Below are positions 25,891 to 35,660 of a DNA stretch of 39,571 bases, piece after piece. The notes under the pieces are model-generated. The model made no database searches. It was not told where the DNA came from and saw nothing but the letters and a program-made list of their open reading frames with translations. Origin of the DNA: a virus (taxonomy: Duplodnaviria; Caudoviricetes); IMG/VR virus record IMGVR_UViG_3300033559_000079, positions 1 to 39,571 of that record; one strand, written 5' to 3'. The first letter of the stretch is position 1. Each line of letters opens with the position of its first letter. Both the position numbers and the translations under genes were made by a program.

Positions 25891-26398
25891 TCTTGTTCTT
25901 AAGAAGTTCGAGCACTTCTTCAGCTGAATACGTTTTGTTCGGATCGATTCCAAGAGAAGCATACTCGTCATCCTGCCCGTCCTCAACAGGAACTTCAGAA
26001 GTCTGAGCAGGAGAAATCTGGTCTGCAACAGCTTGTTCAGCAGCAGGGTTGCTTGCTGGAGCGGCAGGAGCAACAGGAGCGGCAGGAGCCTGCCCCATAG
26101 CTGGGTCTACAACCTCTTCTTCAGCAGGCTGACTTCCACCGAACATTCTCTGCGCAATTGCAGCAGCTGTCTCAGCGATAAGCGTAATAGCCGGACCAAC
26201 TCCCTGAGCAGCAGCATCCATTACGTCTGACCCAAGAATCTCTTCGATCATACCCATTGTCTGAGACTGCATAGGTTCTTCTTGAATCGGCTCTTCACCC
26301 TGAGGAATTTCTTCCTGCTGAGCTTCTTCAGGAATTGGCTCATCAAACTGTTCTGCAGCCTGTTTCACAAGCAAAGCAAAATTAATACGTGGACTCAT
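25877..26398 (-). CDS. Acidic Pro/Ala/Glu-rich hypothetical virion protein
   Basis: Low-complexity ORF in the structural operon; N-terminal VKQAA. Confidence 0.65.
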   Translation of the reverse strand: MSPRINFALLVKQAAEQFDEPIPEEAQQEEIPQGEEPIQEEPMQSQTMGMIEEILGSDVMDAAAQGVGPAITLIAETAAAIAQRMFGGSQPAEEEVVDPAMGQAPAAPVAPAAPASNPAAEQAVADQISPAQTSEVPVEDGQDDEYASLGIDPNKTYSAEEVLELLKNKNAVN

Positions 26399-26400
26399 TT

Positions 26401-26856
26401 TCAACACCCTCTATCATGCAATGCAGCGTAAGGCGAACTGTTTCCGCCGAAGAAGCCCATTGCGTTGATGCTAATTTTTTCTTTTCTGAACTCTTCTTTC
26501 ATAGTCGCAACGATCTGCTGAAAGTATTGAATCTGCCTCAGGTACTTACTTCCGTCAGGCACAGTTACTGTGATCCCTCCGTTGTTATACGTGAGTTGAT
26601 TCCTCTCGTAGCTTACGTTGCAAGATAAAAGACAGTGAATAACACCATTGAGTATTACAAGTACCGGGTTCTTAAACTCAGAAAGGCTGAACGTAATATT
26701 CGATGGAGCCATTCCGTTTAACTCTCCGAGTGACACCTGTATGTACAACTCAAGCTGTAGGTCGCTGCTTTCCTGTTCGAACTCGAGGAGCCTGTTCAGG
26801 AAGTCGAAGTCCTTCAGATACTTCCTCAGGTTCTCCACATACTCCGGCATCTCCAT
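26401..26856 (-). CDS. Putative head-tail adaptor/neck protein
   Basis: Helical protein after the capsid genes; NQLTYNNGGITV hairpin; GGAGG RBS. Confidence 0.55.
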   Translation of the reverse strand: MEMPEYVENLRKYLKDFDFLNRLLEFEQESSDLQLELYIQVSLGELNGMAPSNITFSLSEFKNPVLVILNGVIHCLLSCNVSYERNQLTYNNGGITVTVPDGSKYLRQIQYFQQIVATMKEEFRKEKISINAMGFFGGNSSPYAALHDRGC

Positions 26857-27007
26857 CAACGGCCTCCGTTACAACATCATTGTAATTCTCAAGGAAGAAA
26901 GAGGCCTCGTCTTCAGAGACCTCATTGATTCCAGGATAAATTGTCGAGAGATGTTCATTAACGATAGCTTCCTTCTGTCCGCCGTTGTTAATAATTCTCT
27001 TTGTCAT
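26750..27007 (-). CDS. Hypothetical protein; its 3' end overlaps the next gene by about 105 nt
   Basis: TAATG coupling to the upstream gene. Confidence 0.45.
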   Translation of the reverse strand: MTKRIINNGGQKEAIVNEHLSTIYPGINEVSEDEASFFLENYNDVVTEAVDGDAGVCGEPEEVSEGLRLPEQAPRVRTGKQRPTA

Positions 27008-27417
27008 TATTTATCCCCATCTTTTTTCGCAGTAGCTTTAGCGGCTGCAGCTTCTGCTTTTTTAGCAGCTTCTTCAGCAGCTTTTGCTTCAGCGGCGTCA
27101 GCTTCAGCTTTTGCAGCGGCAGCTTTCGCTTCTTCTTCAGCAGCTTTAGCAGCAGCTTCTTCAGCAGCAAGTTTGGCGTCAGCTTCAGCTTTTGCAGCAG
27201 CAGCTTCCTGCTCTTCAGTCAGCTTGATCGGTTCTTCCGAATCTTCGATAACGTCTTCTGTAACCGGTGCTTCCTGAGAGAAGTAAACCATCGAGTGAAT
27301 ATTGAGTGACATGTCGCTTTTGGAGAGGTAAATACCATCTCCCGGTTTAACTGTTTCACGCATACCCCCGGAGATTACAACGCGAGGTTCATCTGAAATA
27401 TTGTACACACTTGGCAT
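27007..27417 (-). CDS. Ala/Glu/Lys-rich repeat protein
   Basis: AAAKAEADA/AAEEAA repeats; AAAGGA RBS. Confidence 0.7.
   Translation of the reverse strand: MPSVYNISDEPRVVISGGMRETVKPGDGIYLSKSDMSLNIHSMVYFSQEAPVTEDVIEDSEEPIKLTEEQEAAAAKAEADAKLAAEEAAAKAAEEEAKAAAAKAEADAAEAKAAEEAAKKAEAAAAKATAKKDGDK
27030..27205 (-). repeat. Coding low-complexity tandem repeats (GCAGCTTCTTCAGCAGC-type)
   Basis: Imperfect repeats encoding AAEEAAAKA units. Confidence 0.7.
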
Positions 27418-27493
27418 AGGAAAAATCCTTTTTTAAAAGTAAAGGCCCAACCATAATATATGATTGAGCCCCTTAGGTTCGCAAGGAGCTTAA

Positions 27494-28522
27494 TTACAGC
27501 TCGAGGCCTGCGTAGTAAGAAGAGATGGCAGATGGCACAGTACCAGTTGTTGCACACTCAAGGTCGGTTGATCCCATTACAGAACCATCCATTGTGAGGA
27601 GAGCAGCAGCAGTAATGTTACCGATACCATAACCGAGAGACATACGAGTTTCCCATTCAATGAGACCGAAGCGCTTGTTGATCTCGAAGCGAGTTTCACC
27701 AAGAGAGAACGCATGACCAAGGAAATCTTCTGATGTGAACGCGAATACGTGTCCACGAGGAAGAATATTCGATTTGATCGTACGAATTACGTTTGTACCG
27801 TAAAGAGTTTCAGTCTGAACACCGTTGATGATTCGGTCTTTACCGAAATCGTCACCGACGTTAGGAAGAAGTGTTACAGTTTCGAAATCTTCCTGAGTCA
27901 TCAGGAGAGTCGCAACTTCTTTGCGTTTGTCGTCAGATCCACCGATACCAGAAGCAAGGATGTTCTTAAGGTTGATCATGTCACGAGCGTCGATTTCGAG
28001 AGGCTGTGCATTTGTACCTTTAACGATTTTTGCTTTACCAGTACCAAGGAGAGCAGTCTGACCAGCGATTGCAGCACCAACGAGACGAAGGAAGTACTTG
28101 TCTTCAAGCTTGTGAAGAATAGGTACAGATTTTTCCTGAATACGTTTGGTCAGCGGGTGGCGGTACGCACGAAGGTCGTCTTCAGTGATCTGGAAGCGGT
28201 CGGTTACAAAGTTCACGATTGGAATCATGTAACGAGCACCCTTGATGTAACGACCGTTAGGTGTACCAAGGTTATCCACAGCGATCGCAGCAGCATCAGA
28301 TTCGATTTCACGAACCACATACAGAGAGTTGTCGGTAAGGTTTACCTGGCACTCAGCAGTAGTGATTGGAATAGGTTTCAGGATTGAACGAGCAAACGAA
28401 CCTTCCAAGAGTTCCGTGTGGAGGTATTCGCGAATACCTTCTGAAACGTCAGAAGCGTTCTTTTCGATCATGTCCGCAAGGTTGTTGTTAAAACCGATTG
28501 GATCGTTAGCATTGAGACTCAT
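27494..28522 (-). CDS. Major capsid protein (probable HK97 fold)
   Basis: 342 aa after the scaffold and decoration genes; EGSFARSIL, KLEDKYFL spine helix, LYGTNVIRTIK and GYGIGN; AAGGAG RBS. Confidence 0.78.
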   Translation of the reverse strand: MSLNANDPIGFNNNLADMIEKNASDVSEGIREYLHTELLEGSFARSILKPIPITTAECQVNLTDNSLYVVREIESDAAAIAVDNLGTPNGRYIKGARYMIPIVNFVTDRFQITEDDLRAYRHPLTKRIQEKSVPILHKLEDKYFLRLVGAAIAGQTALLGTGKAKIVKGTNAQPLEIDARDMINLKNILASGIGGSDDKRKEVATLLMTQEDFETVTLLPNVGDDFGKDRIINGVQTETLYGTNVIRTIKSNILPRGHVFAFTSEDFLGHAFSLGETRFEINKRFGLIEWETRMSLGYGIGNITAAALLTMDGSVMGSTDLECATTGTVPSAISSYYAGLEL

Positions 28523-28556
28523 CTCAAACTCCTTATTGTTAATTAAGATTTCATTA

Positions 28557-28572
28557 GGAGGCCGAAGCCTCC
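28557..28572 (-). promoter_or_regulatory. UUCG-tetraloop hairpin upstream of the capsid gene
   Basis: Minus strand reads GGAGGC-TTCG-GCCTCC in the intergenic gap. Confidence 0.55.
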
Positions 28573-28580
28573 ATTAAGTA

Positions 28581-29027
28581 TTAAGCAAACTTGTACGGAG
28601 AAATCGTTTTGATTTCGTAGTCAGTACCGTTTACAGCCGTACAGCTAGCTACAGCGATGTCGCCAGCAACTGCTTTTTTCAGTTTACCTGATTTGGTAGC
28701 GTCACCAGTTACAACAGAGAGAACATCTCCACCTGCAACAGCAACAGTTGTATCAATAACGTCAGTTGAAACAACAGAGCGAACTCCGTAAGATTCAATA
28801 ACGGTGATACGACCGGCTTTGGTGTCGTGACCTTCGTATGTGTTACCAGACACACCGGTGCGACACATAACAGCAGCAACAGAAGCTGCTCCGATTTTTA
28901 CTACCTTACCAGTAGCGTTGACTTCAACGAACTGACCAGGTTTAATTGTGAATCCAGCCAAGTCTGCAATGAGACGTGAAGACTGGTCAACGAGTGAAAT
29001 AGGCGTCTGAATGTTCACCTGATTCAT
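28581..29027 (-). CDS. Capsid decoration/cement protein
   Basis: 148 aa, beta-rich (IKPGQFV...GRITVI...GDVLSV...GKLKKA), immediately upstream of the capsid gene. Confidence 0.6.
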   Translation of the reverse strand: MNQVNIQTPISLVDQSSRLIADLAGFTIKPGQFVEVNATGKVVKIGAASVAAVMCRTGVSGNTYEGHDTKAGRITVIESYGVRSVVSTDVIDTTVAVAGGDVLSVVTGDATKSGKLKKAVAGDIAVASCTAVNGTDYEIKTISPYKFA

Positions 29028-29426
29028 TTAAGACCTCACTTTTGAATTAATACATTCTTCCATAGTTTTTTTACGAGAACCAGCTCCATGCTCACCTTGG
29101 AACATCGGGCTAATTTCTTGAGCAACCTTTGTAGCGTAACCGAGAGACTCTCCCGACTCTTCGGACAGGGAAGAAGCGTGCTTCTTAATTTCAGACTCGT
29201 CAATAGCGCCACGATTATAGAGGTCAGTTACGACCTCTGTAATCTTTGCAGTCTTTTCAAGCTCTGAAACCCTGTAGGCAAGAGCACGGATCGCCTCGGA
29301 AGCTGTTTTACTCATAACACTTTGGTCTCTATCGAGAGCCTCAATGATAGATTTAGTATGAGCTAGGCTGCTTGCAACCTTACTCATACCAACGCTCGAG
29401 TTAACGATTCGTGCAACATTGATCAT
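29028..29426 (-). CDS. Hypothetical head-assembly protein
   Basis: Coiled coil with several K-x-A motifs; position in the head module. Confidence 0.6.
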   Translation of the reverse strand: MINVARIVNSSVGMSKVASSLAHTKSIIEALDRDQSVMSKTASEAIRALAYRVSELEKTAKITEVVTDLYNRGAIDESEIKKHASSLSEESGESLGYATKVAQEISPMFQGEHGAGSRKKTMEECINSKVRS

Positions 29427-30364
29427 TAGTTGCCGTACTTTTTCGCAAGAGCAACGAAATCAGGATCAGCCATGAGCTGAGCCATGTCAACGTTTCCGCC
29501 AGTCTGAGCAGCAGCTTCTTCAGCGCCAAGACGGTATGCAGCTTCAATCGCATCTTCGATTGACGCAGCGTCATCTTCAGCTTCTTCTTCAGCTTCGATC
29601 TCAGCGGCAAGCTTTTCAACGTCAGCGTAAGCCTGAGCTTCACCAGCGAGTTCAGCTTCAGCGATTTCTTCAGCGAGTTTATCGAACTCAGCAGCTGCAA
29701 GCACGAGCTGATCAGCTGTTGGGTTCTGGAGTTCGCCAGAAGCAATTTTCGTAAGGGTGTCACCAGGGATGTAGTTATCATCAGCTTCTTTCGAGAAGAA
29801 AGGAGTGAGGTTAACAGATGCATGGATCATACCGTATGCAGCAAGTTTTTCGATTGCACCGGGAAGAGCTTCTTCAGTTGCGATCTTCTGCATTTCTGCA
29901 TAGAAAACGCGAGCTTCAGCAGCGACTTTCACAGTTTCTTCCGGAGTGAGACAACACTCAGAAGAGAGGTGCATTGTAGCTTTGTCCTGAGTAGAACCGT
30001 TATCCATTGTGCCATAAGCATTGGTGTCGGTTGTCAAAGGAGCCTGAACTGGTGTAGCAGCCTGTGCTACAAGGTCAGGACGACCACCTGCGGCAGCAGA
30101 AGCTGCGTCAATTACAGGCTGAGTCTGAGAGATTGCAGTCGCAGCATCAGGAAGAGCTGTAGGAACTGCAGTACCAGGAATCGGTGCAGGTGTTGGAGCA
30201 TTCTGCTCTGGAGCCATTTCACCGCCAAGTTCCTGATCAATTTCCGCTGCGAGTTTCGCAAGGAAGTCTTCAGACACTGGAGCCGCAAAATTATCTCCTG
30301 CGGTCTTCGTAGAGCCGCTCATCCTTCCAGCCATAAAGCTGGTAAGATCTTTTCCATTGGACAT
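29426..30364 (-). CDS. Putative scaffolding protein
   Basis: Very acidic and Ala/Glu-rich; lies between the protease and capsid genes. Confidence 0.6.
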   Translation of the reverse strand: MSNGKDLTSFMAGRMSGSTKTAGDNFAAPVSEDFLAKLAAEIDQELGGEMAPEQNAPTPAPIPGTAVPTALPDAATAISQTQPVIDAASAAAGGRPDLVAQAATPVQAPLTTDTNAYGTMDNGSTQDKATMHLSSECCLTPEETVKVAAEARVFYAEMQKIATEEALPGAIEKLAAYGMIHASVNLTPFFSKEADDNYIPGDTLTKIASGELQNPTADQLVLAAAEFDKLAEEIAEAELAGEAQAYADVEKLAAEIEAEEEAEDDAASIEDAIEAAYRLGAEEAAAQTGGNVDMAQLMADPDFVALAKKYGN

Positions 30365-30422
30365 AAGTAACCTCTTACTTAAAGATAATTGGGTCGTTTC
30401 GTATCAAATATAAATACTGCCA

Positions 30423-32195
30423 TTAAAACACAGCATTCATAATTTTATTCTTGGCAATGCCAGTGGCAAGGGCTCCTGTCGCAGTTACAACCGGAACAGC
30501 CTTCTGGTTTTCAAGATTCGCATTCACTTGTCGCTCACCTTTTGCTTTCGCTTTCGTGTTGTAAGATTTAACCGCCCCTGCGAGAGGTATTCCTATTACG
30601 CCAGCGAGAACTGTGTTTCCAGCGAGACTCTCAGCAGCTCCGGCAGTCTTAACAAGATTGATCTTAGGAAGAGCTCCTTCGTAGTGACTCGCAGGAACAT
30701 TCATAACACCAACACTTGAGTTCGACATGTTCGTGTACATCTTAGCGAGAAGTCCTCCGCCGATCATTGTCATGATAGCAGGATTCCTTGTTACAGCCGT
30801 TGCGATCTGGTTCATAGTAAGTCCAGACGCCTTCATTTTCAACCCTTGATACATCGCAGCAATTGCCCCAAGTATCATGAGTGGGTCGTGGTAGTTCGGC
30901 ATCTTATCTACAGATCCAGTCGCTCTCTCCATTGAAGCCTTCTTAATCATAACTGAAGGATGTATTCTTCCGAATACGAACGGTGGCAAGAACGACCGTT
31001 CCTTCAAGATATTGGCAACTTCATTCGCGATGTAACTCTTGATTGCAACTTCGAAATTCATCGGGGCGACTTCTTCAGACTCTCTGAAAACAACGCCTCT
31101 CGATTCAAGTCTGTTTGCAAGATCAGGCTCACCCATATTCACGAGAACGATGCGCTGAAACTCTCTTGGCTGGAGGTGAACTCCAAGGCCGAGAAGTGAA
31201 GCAAGAGTGTCCTTCAACTTATATCCGCCGAGACGGTTGAGGACTTCATTGGGGATACCGGGAGAGTTGATAATGTCATCCTCAACAGCAGCTTCGACGG
31301 ATTCTTTAATCTGATTTACAGGTATCATAGCACCATCGTGATCTCCGATATCTCCGCCGATCTCTTTGTCGATCTCAGCAAGCTTATCGATATCCTCGTC
31401 TGTGATTCCGTACACGTCAGCCATGTCAACAGAGGAAATCACTTCTTCAGAAGCAACTTTTCCGAGAATGAATGCAGTGCGGTCAGCTCCGATACGAACC
31501 TTTGAGATATCAAAGAATCTCGGCATCGGGTTGATGGCGTGAACCTTCTCACCAATAAACACTTGTCTTCCAAGCTCTTTGGTCCACAAAGACGCAAGCT
31601 CTGGAGTAACAACTTGTCTGAGGTGCCCTTTGAGGTGCTTGCAATACTCGTTGCGAGTTCTCGCTTTATTTCCGCAGATAGAGCAAACATCATAAGGCTG
31701 TTTGCTTCCCATGCTCACGGCAACAGGCGAACCCTCCTCAAGAGCCAGAACAATATCGCTGCCGGACACAGTATCAACAGCAACAACAAGCTCAACGCGC
31801 TCCATTTCACCATTCCAATACGCATATAAAACTTCTCCAAAATGGGGGTGGTACGGTTTATTTGCGTGATGTTTAAACAGTTTTCCGTAGTACTCGAAGG
31901 TCTTGTATCCGTAGTCTTTTGAACTACCCATATCACTTCTCATACTGAAATTGTTGAGTGATGCACGAGGGAAACTGTCACCATTGTTGTTTGCCCCCCA
32001 CACCTCGAACGACCCAACAGCATCGATCACTACGTAGTAACGATTCGGTTTTCTCTCCATAGTGTCGATGAACGACATGATCTCTGAAGAGTATCCGGCA
32101 GTCGCCGTCTTTGTGACATCGTTAAGACTGTTGACAGATCTGATTCTCTGCCCACGGTTGCTGTCATACGAGTCAACGTCAAAATACTTAATCAT
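30423..32195 (-). CDS. Putative prohead maturation protease with a C-terminal extension
   Basis: NNNGDSF, FKHHANK, AVSMG (candidate catalytic Ser), Zn insert CSICGN...CKH and FFDISKV..GAD; position upstream of the scaffold. Confidence 0.65.
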   Translation of the reverse strand: MIKYFDVDSYDSNRGQRIRSVNSLNDVTKTATAGYSSEIMSFIDTMERKPNRYYVVIDAVGSFEVWGANNNGDSFPRASLNNFSMRSDMGSSKDYGYKTFEYYGKLFKHHANKPYHPHFGEVLYAYWNGEMERVELVVAVDTVSGSDIVLALEEGSPVAVSMGSKQPYDVCSICGNKARTRNEYCKHLKGHLRQVVTPELASLWTKELGRQVFIGEKVHAINPMPRFFDISKVRIGADRTAFILGKVASEEVISSVDMADVYGITDEDIDKLAEIDKEIGGDIGDHDGAMIPVNQIKESVEAAVEDDIINSPGIPNEVLNRLGGYKLKDTLASLLGLGVHLQPREFQRIVLVNMGEPDLANRLESRGVVFRESEEVAPMNFEVAIKSYIANEVANILKERSFLPPFVFGRIHPSVMIKKASMERATGSVDKMPNYHDPLMILGAIAAMYQGLKMKASGLTMNQIATAVTRNPAIMTMIGGGLLAKMYTNMSNSSVGVMNVPASHYEGALPKINLVKTAGAAESLAGNTVLAGVIGIPLAGAVKSYNTKAKAKGERQVNANLENQKAVPVVTATGALATGIAKNKIMNAVF

Positions 32196-32577
32196 GGTTA
32201 AACGCCCTGTCAGTTAGAAGAGCTCCTGCAGCAAGCGCAGCAGGAGTAGTGATCATCCTCGCAGTTTTATTTTTCAACAGGAGAGCGGCAGCTCCGGCAG
32301 CAGAAAGTCCTCCGACAGTTCCGGGTACGAACGCTCTCGCCGCACTACCTTCAATTCCGTTCTTCTCATCAACGATGAATCTTCCGTATCGATTCCCAAG
32401 CATAAGTCCTCCGGCAGCAGCCGAAAGACCTAAGGTTGCGTTTCTTGATACAAGGCCTGATAAAACCCCGGACATTGCGCCAATAATAGACGGTGCTACT
32501 ACGGCTGTACTATCCTTGATCCCACCACGCCTGTGGATTTCATCAGCTGCTGCTGTGTAAGCTGCCGTGTCAATCAT
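32188..32577 (-). CDS. Gly/Ala-rich hydrophobic (multi-TM-like) protein
   Basis: Four glycine-zipper-like hydrophobic segments. Confidence 0.65.
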   Translation of the reverse strand: MIDTAAYTAAADEIHRRGGIKDSTAVVAPSIIGAMSGVLSGLVSRNATLGLSAAAGGLMLGNRYGRFIVDEKNGIEGSAARAFVPGTVGGLSAAGAAALLLKNKTARMITTPAALAAGALLTDRAFNHD

Positions 32578-33167
32578 TAAATCACACTCAGAGTGTTTCC
32601 AACAGGCATAATACCAGTGATACTTGCAGCCCCGCTTCCAAGGTATGCATTACCAGTATCAATCATCTGCTCTGTCTGAGCATAAGGATTGAACTGGCCG
32701 ATTGCAGAACCGGTTGCAGTAGCCATAGCCACGCCAGCCTTATTTTCCTGAGACTTAATATTGGTCATCGCAGCAACCATGTTAGGATCAACTCCGCCGA
32801 ACTCTTTCATACGGTTAACCATGGTAGCGGCAACAATAGGGTTGGTCGCGGCAAGTGGAGAGAAAGTTCTAACTACATTGAAGTAGTCCTGAGTCTCTTT
32901 GTTGTCTTCAAGACCACGCTCAGCAACCATGTTCTTGTACGCTTTCTTCTGCTTAGATCTCTCAATAGCAGGGTCAAGCATCGCTTTACCCATAAGAGCT
33001 GTTCCGCCAAGAAGGAGAGCAGGAGCTGTTACTGTTTTGATGATGTTCGTAGCGTCGGCAGAGCCTTGCAGAACAACATTACTTGTTGCAGTGGCTGCGT
33101 TGGCAACGCCAGCTCTTGCACGATTTACGCCTGCTATAAACTTGGCGCCGAATCCATTAAAATTCAT
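32577..33167 (-). CDS. Hypothetical virion protein with a hydrophobic segment
   Basis: AGGAG RBS; APALLLGGTALMG. Confidence 0.7.
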   Translation of the reverse strand: MNFNGFGAKFIAGVNRARAGVANAATATSNVVLQGSADATNIIKTVTAPALLLGGTALMGKAMLDPAIERSKQKKAYKNMVAERGLEDNKETQDYFNVVRTFSPLAATNPIVAATMVNRMKEFGGVDPNMVAAMTNIKSQENKAGVAMATATGSAIGQFNPYAQTEQMIDTGNAYLGSGAASITGIMPVGNTLSVI

Positions 33168-33176
33168 ACTGTTCTC

Positions 33177-33743
33177 CTAAAAGAAAGATGGTTGTTTCAT
33201 TCCTGTGACCTGCGGAGGATTCGCTTTTGGAAGCTTGGCCTGCGCAGTGTATTTAGCCTTGGTATCCTTGTACCCCATGAACTCTAGGCCAGCCATAGCC
33301 GATCCGACAAGGAGTGCGTTCGCCGCTTTTTCCATAGTCTCTTTTCGAGGTTTATCATGGAAAGTCGAACTAAATCTCTGATTGAGTTTAGAGTAATCAT
33401 TTTCTCCCAATTCATCTGGTCTAAATTGACCTGTACTGACTCCGTTCGCTACCGTAGCCGAATATCCGTTGCGATTGAATCGCTCAGAAGTTCCTCCGAA
33501 TGTAGTGCGGTCTCTGGCTATTGCTTCTCCAGCTTTCGCTGACAACGCTGTAGCTCCGAGCACTCCGCCAACAAGGAGAGACCCTTTTGTTGCGAGACCC
33601 CAAGTGCGCTCACCGATGGTTCCGCCGGTGCCGTGAGAGAGTCCTCCTACGTAAGTCTTGATGCCTTTTCCGATTGCTTTTCCAGCTGTACCGACAGCTT
33701 TCGCAGCTCCGAACAGACCGTTAAATGCTTTTGGTAGAGGCAT
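33177..33743 (-). CDS. Gly/Ala-rich basic protein with hydrophobic segments
   Basis: GSLLVGGVLGATALSA and ALLVGSAMAGL. Confidence 0.7.
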   Translation of the reverse strand: MPLPKAFNGLFGAAKAVGTAGKAIGKGIKTYVGGLSHGTGGTIGERTWGLATKGSLLVGGVLGATALSAKAGEAIARDRTTFGGTSERFNRNGYSATVANGVSTGQFRPDELGENDYSKLNQRFSSTFHDKPRKETMEKAANALLVGSAMAGLEFMGYKDTKAKYTAQAKLPKANPPQVTGMKQPSFF

Positions 33744-34497
33744 CTTTCAGTTCCTTTGAGAATGATGAAGCTTCTGCTGCCATAGTCAAGTACGCAGCTG
33801 ATTTTACCATCTCTCTCGAAAACTCTGCAACTGCTGAAGCGAACGGGCTTCTTGCATCTACATCAAATACGCCGGCTGTCTTCGACATCTCGACCTTGAG
33901 GCCTCTTTTTGAGAAGTCTTCAGCAATCTTCATAATGAATGTAGGAACTTCCATAGCAACAGTCTTGTCACTCACTTCGTTCAGAGCCACTACGCTTGCA
34001 ATCTTACAAAGATCTGGAACCGAGTATCCATCAGTGATGAATCCGTTAACCATTTTCGCAATCTTTGTTATCCCGTCAACACACTTCTTTTCGCAAAGAA
34101 GGTGCTCGTTATCAGCCTGAGCTGCGAACTTGTCGAGAGATGTCGAGAAGTGATTCGCTTCCCTCGAGTAGTCGAGATCAGACGCAGTTTTCTCTACGAG
34201 AAGCGTCGGAACTTCTCTCTTTGGGGCCACGGCGTAGTCGCCAAGGCCTGTGTTTGTAGAACCCATAATTTTCTCCGGGGAAGCAAAGTTGAATTTGACT
34301 GTGCCGTTCGGTTGAGTATCTTGAAGCATCGCCAGCTTAACTTGCTTATTTGCCTCTTCACACACACGCTTCAGCACTTCAGTATTCTCTATCACACCAT
34401 TGAGGAACGGTGCTTTAATAGACTCGTTTAAGTCAACGCCTTGGTTGATGAATGCGCTTGCAGCTTCATAGGCCAGTTTATCAATAAGTTCGTTCAC
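33721..34497 (-). CDS. Hypothetical head-region protein with many K-x-A motifs
   Basis: AAGGAGG RBS with a GTG start; helical. Confidence 0.75.
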   Translation of the reverse strand: MNELIDKLAYEAASAFINQGVDLNESIKAPFLNGVIENTEVLKRVCEEANKQVKLAMLQDTQPNGTVKFNFASPEKIMGSTNTGLGDYAVAPKREVPTLLVEKTASDLDYSREANHFSTSLDKFAAQADNEHLLCEKKCVDGITKIAKMVNGFITDGYSVPDLCKIASVVALNEVSDKTVAMEVPTFIMKIAEDFSKRGLKVEMSKTAGVFDVDARSPFASAVAEFSREMVKSAAYLTMAAEASSFSKELKDASTKSI

Positions 34498-34554
34498 TGG
34501 TTCCTCCTTTTTTCCAAATATATATTAGGCGGTAAAATTACTGGAGGGGTTCTA

Positions 34555-34920
34555 ATGGATAGTAAAATCATTGAGGTTAAAAACTCTGTCAACGCAGCCT
34601 ACAAGAAGAGTAGTCGCAAGGATCTGTTCGTCAAATCAGCGTTCAAAACAGTGATGACAGAGCTCTGGATATTCTACATCAGAAAAAGTAAAGCCGGCGG
34701 ACGTATGGAGTTCGACGCTCTTGAAGATATGAAGGTAACTGTAATTTGTGGGTTCAGGTCTGCAAGTCTTGATGTTGACCAAGAGTCTGAAGCTACTTAC
34801 GAGAAGTGGTTCGATGAAGAAGTTCGACACATGCTCGAATTCGCAGGGTCTCGCAACGGGGGTGGAAATACCATTTCAAAAGGCGAAACTATTATGCACC
34901 AATCAAATGGAAAACTCTAA
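34555..34920 (+). CDS. Hypothetical protein, inverted within the structural module
   Basis: Start MDSKIIEV after a GGAGG RBS. Confidence 0.65.
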   Translation: MDSKIIEVKNSVNAAYKKSSRKDLFVKSAFKTVMTELWIFYIRKSKAGGRMEFDALEDMKVTVICGFRSASLDVDQESEATYEKWFDEEVRHMLEFAGSRNGGGNTISKGETIMHQSNGKL

Positions 34921-35396
34921 TGCTAAATGCTATTTACGACTATAAAACTGTCGGCGATGAAACTAACATCTACTCAGATGGGAAGCTGCTTCACAAGATC
35001 AAGGATAAAAAAGAGTACATGTTCAAGAGAGCTTGCTTGAAGATCGTGTGTGACAAGCTTGAAATCCCGTATGCTCCAGAAGTCAATCTTCGGTTCAAGA
35101 ACTCAACGTACTGTATATTCGATGGAAATCTTGAAAATGGATTCATAGAAGGTTGTACTGACGTGTGGACTGTTAATCAAGACTCAGACGGCCTGACAAG
35201 CGTTCTGCTCCAGGTGTACTTCCTGATCAATAAAGAGATAGAGATCCCAACGCTTACCATAAAAGGCAAGACAGTTGGTTCGAATACTCTTGCAGAGCTG
35301 TTTGCTCTTGAGATGGTTGATGCAGAAAAATGGCTCCGGAGACAAATATCACCGAAGCCAAAGAAGAAATCGATACTCGGAGAGTTCGTTAATTAG
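34920..35396 (+). CDS. Hypothetical protein, inverted within the structural module
   Basis: TAATG coupling to the upstream gene. Confidence 0.65.
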   Translation: MLNAIYDYKTVGDETNIYSDGKLLHKIKDKKEYMFKRACLKIVCDKLEIPYAPEVNLRFKNSTYCIFDGNLENGFIEGCTDVWTVNQDSDGLTSVLLQVYFLINKEIEIPTLTIKGKTVGSNTLAELFALEMVDAEKWLRRQISPKPKKKSILGEFVN

Positions 35397-35608
35397 TATC
35401 CACACCTCATCAGTAACATTTCAGCGGCAACTTTCTCAACATTCTTATTCACATTTACAATCCCTTTGTGGGATGCAGTGAGTGCGTTTCTGTGAGATGT
35501 CTCAGTACCACCTTTGAGGTGCCGGTTCTTTGCAGAAGCGATTGCTTCGAACAGCTTGTCGCTTTCTTTTTTTACTGGTGTGTTTGCGTTATCGAAAAGC
35601 TTGTTCAT
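35393..35608 (-). CDS. Small hypothetical protein
   Basis: GAGG RBS; EKVAA near the C-terminus. Confidence 0.55.
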   Translation of the reverse strand: MNKLFDNANTPVKKESDKLFEAIASAKNRHLKGGTETSHRNALTASHKGIVNVNKNVEKVAAEMLLMRCGY

Positions 35609-35660
35609 TTTCTACCTCGTATACAATTCTGTGTTTTGTTAAAAATGATTATTGTCTAAA

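Noticed and set aside
25891-26073. N-terminal 61 aa of track ORF 25102-26073
   Set aside because: It is an alternative-frame read-through of the upstream gene; the plausible start is the ATG at 25890.
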